A stretch of 64,000 bases of DNA from an uncultured delta proteobacterium (lineage in GTDB: Bacteria; Myxococcota_A; Polyangia; Palsa-1104), in assembly GCA_963785725.1 (NCBI GenBank), contig CAWAWS010000026.1, forward strand, positions 96,001 through 160,000. The letters run 5' to 3'. The position numbers and the translations under genes are program-made. A model generated the notes under the pieces. That model did not search any database. It was not told the DNA's origin and was given only the letters and a program-made list of their open reading frames with translations. Below are positions 41,946 through 51,759 of the stretch, piece by piece; position 1 is the first letter of the stretch, and each line of letters begins with the position of its first letter.

Positions 41946-43833
41946 CGGCCCAACGTTCGTTTTCCGGCGGCCAATACTCCTCGTCGTCGCCGATAAGACC
42001 TTCGATGTGCAGCTTGCCGAACATCTCGGCCGGGAATCGTCCGGCCGCCAAATCCTCGATCTGCCGCTCGAGCTTGCGCTTCTGCCCGATGACGGCGTCG
42101 ATCTTGCCGAGCCGTGCCTGGCGCAAGAAGCCTTCGAGCCGCCCGCGCAGCTCCACCAGCGACTGGCGAATCAGCTCGCTCGACGCGGCGTCCACGTGCC
42201 AAGCCAAGCTGGCGGCGCGGGCGCGCAAGCCATCGGCGGCGACGACGTCGGCGTGCACGAGCGCGTTGAGCCCGCTGCGCTCGCCGCCGCCCGACGCGAC
42301 GTCGAGCACGCGCTCGAGCGTGCCCGCCAGCTGCGTCCGCCGCGCTTCCAACGCCGCCAGCGCCGTCTTGGCTTCGTCCGATTTGCGCGCGTCGATGCGG
42401 GCGCGGGCGATCTCGTCACCGAGCGCGTTCACCTTGGCGAGCAGCGCCGCGGCGTCGACGGGACCGCCGGTGACGGGCTGCACGTGATTGGTCGCGGCCT
42501 TGGCGCCACTTTCGGCGACGCGCTCGGCGAGCCGCTTCCAATCGCCCTCGACGTGATCGACGTCGGCCGCGCCATGCGTCAGGCCGCGGGCGATGGCGTG
42601 CAGGCGGAAGAAGCGCGCGTCGACCTCCAGCATCGACGCGATCTGCCCGTCGATGTCGTTGGTGGCGACGGGATGCAGCTCGTCGGCGGCCAATAAGCGC
42701 TCGGCCAGCGTGCGCCGCGTGGCCGCGTCGCCGAGCGCGCGGTCGACATAGCGCGTCAGCGGCTCGTACTCGGCGAGCACGGCGTCGAAGCCCTTCTCGG
42801 CGTCGACGAAGCGGCACGTCTTGACCTGCAGCGTGGCGCGCAGGAGGCGCGCCTCGGACGCGCGCGACGACGTGCCGTATTGCTTCATGAACTCGTCGAT
42901 GAGCCGCGCGCCCAAGTCGTACTCTTTGCGCGACAACGACGCCCACGCGGCCTCGAACAGCGCGTCGGGCAGCTTCTTGGAGTCCGACGGAATCAAGAAG
43001 TAGTGATAGAAGGCGTCGTCGTCGCGGCCCTCTTCGTGCGCGATGCGGCCGAGCGCCAGCCGCGCCAAGTCGCGCAGCGCGTAGTAGCGACCGTCGATAT
43101 AGAAGCGAATGGTGTCGCCTTTTCTGACGTCGGCGATGGCGCAAAAGGCGTCTTCGGCGCCGCGCAAGTCGCTGCGCTTGACGCGCATGACGCCGCGCAA
43201 ATAGAGCGCCGACGAGTAGAAGCGGCTGTGCGCCGACACCGTCTGCAGCTCCTGCTCGGCGCGCTCGAATTTGCCGGCGTCGTAGAGCGCGCGGCCTTGC
43301 AGGTAGGCGAGCTCCTGGTTGACGTCCTCGGCGCCGAGCTGCGTGATCTCCTGCGCGCACGCCGCCGCGATGTGCTCGTCGAGGCAGACGTCGACGTAGG
43401 CGCGCAGCGCCGCGTGGTAGTAGGGCGACTTGGCGCCGCGCGCGAGCGAGCGGCCGAGATAGCGCCGCGCCGTCGTCGTCGAGCCGCCGTGCGCGAGCGC
43501 GAGCCCGAGGCGATATTCGGCGTCTTGGAAGTCGGACGAGTCGGAGAAGTCCTGATAGCGCGGCCCTTCGACGACGGCATACAAGCGCGCCGCCGCCGCC
43601 TCGGGCTGACCGGCGACCAATTCGTCGTCGGCGCGACGCACCTCGGTGGCCAGCATCGCCGGCGTCACGACGGTCTTGTCGACGAGCCCGCGCGTCTCCA
43701 TCTCCTGCAAATAGGCGGCGGCTTCGGGCGCGCTCTTTTGCCCGGCCGGCGCGGCGACGGCGGGCACGGCCAGGCCGAGCGCGCCCACGACGGCGACGCG
43801 GCCCAACCGACGCTGCCGCCGACGCACGCTCAC
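41923..43833 (-). CDS. GltC/NfsC-like TPR protein
   Basis: Signal-like N-terminus, TPRs (DALFEAAW), C-terminal EEYWPPENERWADE. Confidence 0.65.
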   Translation of the reverse strand: MSVRRRQRRLGRVAVVGALGLAVPAVAAPAGQKSAPEAAAYLQEMETRGLVDKTVVTPAMLATEVRRADDELVAGQPEAAAARLYAVVEGPRYQDFSDSSDFQDAEYRLGLALAHGGSTTTARRYLGRSLARGAKSPYYHAALRAYVDVCLDEHIAAACAQEITQLGAEDVNQELAYLQGRALYDAGKFERAEQELQTVSAHSRFYSSALYLRGVMRVKRSDLRGAEDAFCAIADVRKGDTIRFYIDGRYYALRDLARLALGRIAHEEGRDDDAFYHYFLIPSDSKKLPDALFEAAWASLSRKEYDLGARLIDEFMKQYGTSSRASEARLLRATLQVKTCRFVDAEKGFDAVLAEYEPLTRYVDRALGDAATRRTLAERLLAADELHPVATNDIDGQIASMLEVDARFFRLHAIARGLTHGAADVDHVEGDWKRLAERVAESGAKAATNHVQPVTGGPVDAAALLAKVNALGDEIARARIDARKSDEAKTALAALEARRTQLAGTLERVLDVASGGGERSGLNALVHADVVAADGLRARAASLAWHVDAASSELIRQSLVELRGRLEGFLRQARLGKIDAVIGQKRKLERQIEDLAAGRFPAEMFGKLHIEGLIGDDEEYWPPENERWADEYENYK

Positions 43834-44585
43834 TTCACGATCTCCACCGTCTCGACATCCGCTTTGACGCGCACGTCGAAGATGCCCTCTTTGTGCTTGG
43901 CGAGCTTGGTCGGCCCGTCGCCGGTCTCGTCGACCGAGAAGCTGACGCGCGTCTCTTTCTTCTCGGTGACGTCGATGACGAAGCTGCCCTCGGCGCCATA
44001 GGCGACGCGATCTTCGCCGGTGGCGCCGCATTCGACCTTGAGCGCCAGCGTGTGGCGGCCGGGCGCGGCGAAGCCGTCATACAGCTTGAGCGGATCGCCC
44101 GTCGCCGGCGAATCGGCGGTGAACACCGGCTGATCGTCGATCTTCAGCGTCACCTTCTTGATCGGCCAGGCGCGCTGCGCTTTGTACACGAACGACGACG
44201 TGATCTTGGTCTTGAACAGCGCGTCGCCGATCAAGTGCGCCTTGGCGCGCGAGCGAAACAGCTCGTCGCGCAGCTGGTTGTATTCGGACGCCAGCGCCTC
44301 CAAGTCGACCGACGATCGGCCCGTCGGGCCGGGTTCGGGCGACGGCGGTGGCGGGGGTGCGGGCGGCGGCGTCGCCGGCGTCGCGTTCTCGACCGGCGGC
44401 GCGCTGTCGGCGGCCACCGGCGCGCTGTTGTCCGTCGCCGGCACGTCGGTCGCCGTCGGCGCCGGCGGCGGCACGGCCGGCGTCGCCGGCGCCGGATGCT
44501 TGACCGGGTGCTTCTTGTGCGGCGCCGCCCAGCCGGCGGCCGCTGTCAGACATATCGCCATCGCGAGCGCCGTCCGCTTCATCAC
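43830..44585 (-). CDS. Secreted hypothetical protein (Pro-rich linker, coiled coil, beta domain)
   Basis: Signal peptide; overlaps both neighbouring genes. Confidence 0.65.
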   Translation of the reverse strand: MMKRTALAMAICLTAAAGWAAPHKKHPVKHPAPATPAVPPPAPTATDVPATDNSAPVAADSAPPVENATPATPPPAPPPPPSPEPGPTGRSSVDLEALASEYNQLRDELFRSRAKAHLIGDALFKTKITSSFVYKAQRAWPIKKVTLKIDDQPVFTADSPATGDPLKLYDGFAAPGRHTLALKVECGATGEDRVAYGAEGSFVIDVTEKKETRVSFSVDETGDGPTKLAKHKEGIFDVRVKADVETVEIVK

Positions 44586-45244
44586 AGCCTCGTCGGCAGG
44601 AACACGCTCACGCCCAACGTGAGCGAGAAGTCCTGCACGTATTGTCGCACCGCGAGAATCTGCTGCTTGTACAGCTGATCACGCACGTCGAGCCGCATCG
44701 CCCACGAGCGCGACAAGAAGATCTTGGTGCCGACGCCGAACTGCGCCGCGGCGCCGAAGCTGGTGGCGTTGTCGATGATGCCGACGCCGGCGACGCCATG
44801 AATGTCGAAATGCACGATCGAGTCGGCGAAGAGCCGCATCTTGCCGTGCACCGGCGACCACACGAGATCGGTGAACACGAGATAGACGCGGTTCTGCTTG
44901 GGCAGAATCGTGACGCCGTGATCTTGCTCGAGCTGCGACGCCACCGACGAGCGCACCTGCGAATAGTTGAACGACGCCTCGATGCCCGCGTCTTCGGTCA
45001 AATGGTAGGTGTAAGCGGCGCCGACGATATAGGTGCCGTCGAGTAAGTCGCTGACGTAGTAGCCGCCCATGATGGTCAGCTCGTGGCGCGCCGTCTTGAC
45101 GAAGTCGAGCTCGTCGGAGCGGCGGCCGCGCTTCTCGTCGATGAGCTTCTTCTTTTCCTCGGGATCGACGCAGTCCGCCGCCGCGACTTGCAAGAACGAT
45201 TGGGCCAGCAGCCCGAGCAGCGATATGAGCAAAACCCGATTCAC
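44582..45244 (-). CDS. Outer-membrane beta-barrel protein, GltA/B-like
   Basis: Signal peptide, amphipathic strands, WSPVHGK, terminal LGVSVFLP. Confidence 0.7.
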   Translation of the reverse strand: MNRVLLISLLGLLAQSFLQVAAADCVDPEEKKKLIDEKRGRRSDELDFVKTARHELTIMGGYYVSDLLDGTYIVGAAYTYHLTEDAGIEASFNYSQVRSSVASQLEQDHGVTILPKQNRVYLVFTDLVWSPVHGKMRLFADSIVHFDIHGVAGVGIIDNATSFGAAAQFGVGTKIFLSRSWAMRLDVRDQLYKQQILAVRQYVQDFSLTLGVSVFLPTRL

Positions 45245-45954
45245 GAGCGCGGCCCCGGAATGAATAAGGAGAGCCCCAATAAGCCGACCAAGTTGTTGGT
45301 GACGCGCTCGACGGAGACCGCCTCTTGGAGCATGAGGTAGTCGCGCAGGTCGAAGCGCACGGCCAGCCAGCGATTGGCGTACATCTTGAGACCGATGCCG
45401 GCGTCGAACGTGACGCCTTGGATGGTCGAGTTGAACGTGTTGCCGGCGCCGACGACGAAGAAGACGTCCCCGTGCGCGATGGCGTGCTCGGAGACGCGCA
45501 TCTTCAAGTGAATCGGCGACCACAAGAAGTTGCCGACGGCGATGAAGGCGAGCGAGCGCTTGAGCACTTCGCCGCCGAAGAACTGCGTCAGCGGCTTCTG
45601 AATGGCGAGATCGAAGGGCGTGACGACGAGCGACGCTTCGACGCCGAAGTCTTCGCCGAAATAGAAGGCGAGGGCGCCGCCGTAGTCGTACGAGCTCGAC
45701 AAGAGATCGCTGGCGTAGAAGCCGCCCCAGGCCGAGATCTCGAGCCGCAGGCGCTTGACGAAGTCGCGCTTCTGCACGCCTTTGCGTTTGCCGGCGGCGC
45801 CGAGCTCATCGTCGCTGTCGAGACAGCTGGCGGTCTGCGAGTCGGTGGTCGAATTAGGGGTCGTGTCGGCGTGCGCACGCGAGCCGGCGACGCCTTGGGC
45901 GAGCGTGAGGAAGCTGGCCAACACCACCGCCAGGCGAGATGATGAAGGAGCCAC
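45241..45954 (-). CDS. Outer-membrane beta-barrel protein, GltA/B-like (paralog of 44582..45244)
   Basis: Shares DFVK..R.E....GG.Y.SDLL, WSP.H.KMR and R.D.RD blocks with its neighbour. Confidence 0.7.
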   Translation of the reverse strand: MAPSSSRLAVVLASFLTLAQGVAGSRAHADTTPNSTTDSQTASCLDSDDELGAAGKRKGVQKRDFVKRLRLEISAWGGFYASDLLSSSYDYGGALAFYFGEDFGVEASLVVTPFDLAIQKPLTQFFGGEVLKRSLAFIAVGNFLWSPIHLKMRVSEHAIAHGDVFFVVGAGNTFNSTIQGVTFDAGIGLKMYANRWLAVRFDLRDYLMLQEAVSVERVTNNLVGLLGLSLFIPGPRS

Positions 45955-46015
45955 GCGCGCCGACTATAACATGGGGCGACGGGTCCTCGCGCCCACAATG
46001 TGATAAAGTTTCAAA

Positions 46016-47410
<1,395 letters not shown>

Positions 47411-47439
47411 CGGCGAGCCTCGCCGGTGTCGGGCCGGCG

Positions 47440-48771
<1,332 letters not shown>

Positions 48772-48776
48772 TCGAT

Positions 48777-48816
48777 CTGTGCGGATTTCTGCACAGCTGT
48801 GCGGCCAAATGCACAG
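48777..48816. promoter_or_regulatory. Tandem palindromic enhancer (UAS) sites
   Basis: CTGTGC-GGATTTCT-GCACAG directly followed by CTGTGC-GGCCAAAT-GCACAG. Confidence 0.75.
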
Positions 48817-48879
48817 CTCAGATCGTCGAAAGTTGACATAACGGCAGGAAATAAAAGAGTTTCCATGTTCGACTTGCCG

Positions 48880-48895
48880 CGGCATCAGCTTTGCT
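48880..48895 (+). promoter_or_regulatory. sigma54 (-24/-12) promoter
   Basis: CGGCATCAGCTTTGCT = GG-N10-GC; AT-rich spacer between it and the UAS. Confidence 0.75.
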
Positions 48896-48906
48896 CTAGA
48901 TCACAT

Positions 48907-48997
48907 TCGGCTCTGGGGCCCGTGTTCGTCGAGGATCCCCCCCGCGACGAGCGCGGACCTCGGGGCCACCTTCAACCGCTCGCCGCGTTGCAGCGGT
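48907..48997 (+). ncRNA. Putative sigma54-dependent sRNA, Pxr-like hairpin with a C7 loop
   Basis: 22-bp stem 48909-48931/48945-48967 with five G-U pairs, loop AGGAUCCCCCCCG; second small stem 48975-48997; no credible + strand CDS follows. Confidence 0.6.
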
Positions 48998-49031
48998 CGC
49001 GCGGATCTGGCAGTCGTAGCGGCGGCTGCAG

Positions 49032-50252
49032 CTACCAGCGCAGCGCGAGGCCGAGCTGGGCGATGAGCGAGTTGATGAGCCCGACGTCGCGCGCTTCGTT
49101 CGGCGGCAGCGGCGTCAGCTTTTGGTAGTCGATGAGATCGAGCTTGGCGTTGAGGTCGAGTGACTCGAAGACGCGCCAGACTTTGCCCTTCTCGTCGGCG
49201 TTCTTGATGTACGCGACCTTGAAGCCGACGAGCCAATCGCGGAACGGCGACAGCTCGCGATCGCCGGTAAAATATTGTCCAACGGGGCCGACGTTTTCGT
49301 AGCTGAGCGCCTCGCCGGCGTCGCGATAAAAGAGCGCGCGCGTCTGCTGATAGAAGCGGCCGCGCAAACGCAGCACGACCTGCGGATGCACCCATTCTTC
49401 CCACGCGACCTCGGCGGTGCCCGACTTGATGCCCCACGTGTCCCAATAAAAGCGGCCTTGAACGCCTAGCGCGCCATGCGCTTTGGGGACGGCGAAGCGA
49501 AGGCGGCCCTGCACCGAGACGCGCTGGCGCAGGTTGGGCTCGGACTCTTGCGCCTCGAACGTGCCGAAGAGGCGCACGCGGCGATAGGGATTGGACTGAA
49601 AGCCGTCGAGCACTTGGAAGCTGACCGACAGCTCGCTCAGGAGAAGCGGCGTCAACACCTGGGTCCACGACGCGGCGTAGCTGTCGATGGCGAGCGCCTC
49701 GGAGACGATGCCGGTGACCTTGGCGAAGCAGCCTTTGGAGTCGCCGAGCGAGCGTCGATCGACAGGCGAGACGCCGGAGTTGTCGACGTCGCAGACGGAG
49801 TCGAAGTTGTGCGCGTAGCCGAGCTTCAAGGTCGTGTTCTTGCCCCATAAGTCGACCTTGGCGGCGACGTCGATGGCGTTCGAGCGATAGTCGTTCTCGG
49901 TGCCGAAGGTGTAGCCGGCGTCGAGCGCCGTCGGGCCGAGGCGCAATTCGGCGCCGCCATGCACGGAGTGGCGCGTGTCGGAGAACTTCGTGGCCGAGGT
50001 GACGGCGTCCATCGCGCCGTACGTGCGCGGCGTGGCGCCGGAGACGACGTCGGCTTCGTAGCCGAAGTTGAACGAGAAGCTCGGATGCACGTCGACGTTG
50101 GCGTCGAGCTGCGGATGAAAGACCTGCAGCTTCTGCGCGCGCGCCGGCTCGACGAAGTATTCGGCCTTGACCTCGACCTTGTCCTCGGCGCGCGCGGAAG
50201 GCGCGAGCGTCGAGCCGACGAGGAGCGCCGCGGCGAAGGCGAGGCGACGCAT
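49032..50252 (-). CDS. DUF3570-family outer-membrane beta-barrel
   Basis: ADVVSGAT, DAVTSAT, ENDY.S, GFQSNPYR, YWDTWGI; terminal aromatic residue; adjacent to DUF4266. Confidence 0.8.
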   Translation of the reverse strand: MRRLAFAAALLVGSTLAPSARAEDKVEVKAEYFVEPARAQKLQVFHPQLDANVDVHPSFSFNFGYEADVVSGATPRTYGAMDAVTSATKFSDTRHSVHGGAELRLGPTALDAGYTFGTENDYRSNAIDVAAKVDLWGKNTTLKLGYAHNFDSVCDVDNSGVSPVDRRSLGDSKGCFAKVTGIVSEALAIDSYAASWTQVLTPLLLSELSVSFQVLDGFQSNPYRRVRLFGTFEAQESEPNLRQRVSVQGRLRFAVPKAHGALGVQGRFYWDTWGIKSGTAEVAWEEWVHPQVVLRLRGRFYQQTRALFYRDAGEALSYENVGPVGQYFTGDRELSPFRDWLVGFKVAYIKNADEKGKVWRVFESLDLNAKLDLIDYQKLTPLPPNEARDVGLINSLIAQLGLALRW

Positions 50253-50464
50253 CAGTTGCAGCCGCACCCGCCGCCGGACGCGCCGAAGCCGCCTTCGGAG
50301 CCTTCGCGGTTGGACAGGACGTGCTGGTCGCTCGCGGTCTCGAGCGCGTCGTAGTCGGGCTGCATGATGCGGTCGGCGAGGAACTCCTTCTCGTCGGGGC
50401 GCACGGCGTAACGGCCGCAACCGGCGAGCGCGGCGAGCGTCAGCAAGATGTAGATGCGTCGCAT
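50252..50464 (-). CDS. DUF4266-family small lipoprotein
   Basis: LAGC lipobox; REGSEGG...GGGCGCN C-terminus. Confidence 0.85.
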   Translation of the reverse strand: MRRIYILLTLAALAGCGRYAVRPDEKEFLADRIMQPDYDALETASDQHVLSNREGSEGGFGASGGGCGCN

Positions 50465-50473
50465 GCGCGGCCC

Positions 50474-51259
50474 CTAAAAGAAGACCGCCAAGCCGCCCGA
50501 GTATTCCTGACGGTTGGTGGTCGAGTTGGGGGTGAACAGCGTGTAGTTGCGGACGTCGAAGCGCAGGATGATGCGCTTGACGAGGACGAGCGCGGCGCCA
50601 CCGCCGGCGTCGGCGGCGAACTGCGTCTTGCCGACGGCCGTGACGCCGTTGATCTTGGGGAACGACGTGCCGCCGCCGCCGCCGAGCGCGACGAACGGAA
50701 TCAAGGGGCCGAGCGGCCACAATAAAATGTCGCCGTCGAGGCCGTACAAGAGCAGCGAGCCGTCGCTGCCGACCGCTTCGCCGATGTGGCCTTCGAGCGC
50801 GAAGTGGGCGTCGAGCGTGACCGACGGGCGAAACAGGAACAGCCCGTCGCCGCCGAGCGCGCCGCCGGAGAACGTGAAGCCGACGTGCGACGACGGCACC
50901 GGCGACGGCGCGAACACCGTGCGCTTGACGGCCGCCCAGGCGCGCGACGCGGCCGAGCCTTCGAGGTCGACCTCGAACGGCAACACCTGCTCGCCGTAGA
51001 TCCAGCCGAAGCGGCCGTCGGGCAAGATCACGCGGAACCAATAGTCGGCGTTGCGGTCGACGACGGCGAAGACCTCGCCGTGCTCGGCGCGATAGAGCTC
51101 GCGATAGGTGTAGCCGGGACCCGAGCGCACCGGCGCGCGCGGCACGATGACTTGGAGCTGCGGATCGCCTTTGGCCAGCGCCGGCGCCGGCGCACAGGTG
51201 AGCGCGAGCGCGAGGAAAACAGCGAGCAGAATCGGCAGCCGCGACGGAGCGCGCGTCAT
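50474..51259 (-). CDS. SH3-domain plus beta-barrel outer-membrane protein
   Basis: Signal peptide, VRSGPG..Y...W......G..GWI (bacterial SH3), barrel strands ending VFF. Confidence 0.7.
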   Translation of the reverse strand: MTRAPSRLPILLAVFLALALTCAPAPALAKGDPQLQVIVPRAPVRSGPGYTYRELYRAEHGEVFAVVDRNADYWFRVILPDGRFGWIYGEQVLPFEVDLEGSAASRAWAAVKRTVFAPSPVPSSHVGFTFSGGALGGDGLFLFRPSVTLDAHFALEGHIGEAVGSDGSLLLYGLDGDILLWPLGPLIPFVALGGGGGTSFPKINGVTAVGKTQFAADAGGGAALVLVKRIILRFDVRNYTLFTPNSTTNRQEYSGGLAVFF

Positions 51260-51711
51260 TGCATGCCGAGCCACGTCGAGAAGAGCGCGTCGGCGGCGGC
51301 CTGATCGGTGACGACGTCGCCGGCCGGATGCGGCGTGCCGAGGCCCGACGGCACGATGAGCACGAGCGAGCCCAGCGGATCGCTGCAGGAGACGTTCGAC
51401 TGCACCGACATGAAGTTGAACTGCCACTGCGTCGGCCAGGTCGACGTCGGCGAGGCCGGATCGGGCGCCATCACCGCCGACACGTCCTGCAAGCGGAAGA
51501 AGCCGTGACCGGTGTTCTGGTCGTGGCAGTCGCTCTGGCCGCAGCTGTAGGTCGCGAAATACTTGGGCCAGACGTCGGTGACGAAGAAGGCGGGCGGCGC
51601 GTTGCAGCCGGCAGGCGGCTGCACGTCGGGTCCGGGATCGACGGTGCCGCAGCTCGCCAGAAGGGCGCACGCGATCCCGGTACAGCACACGAAGGTGGCG
51701 AACAGGCGCAC
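51256..51711 (-). CDS. Hypothetical lipoprotein with a CxxxxCH motif
   Basis: LASC lipobox; SCGQSDCH. Confidence 0.6.
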   Translation of the reverse strand: MRLFATFVCCTGIACALLASCGTVDPGPDVQPPAGCNAPPAFFVTDVWPKYFATYSCGQSDCHDQNTGHGFFRLQDVSAVMAPDPASPTSTWPTQWQFNFMSVQSNVSCSDPLGSLVLIVPSGLGTPHPAGDVVTDQAAADALFSTWLGMQ

Positions 51712-51759
51712 GGCGTCACCACCATATCCCATCGGCGAAGTCTGGTAAACTCGCTGACC

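Noticed and set aside
48907..48997. Hairpin as SRP RNA, tRNA or an intrinsic terminator of the DUF3570 operon
   Set aside because: No GGAA-tetraloop SRP motif and no cloverleaf; no U-tract; the G-U pairs become A-C mismatches on the minus strand
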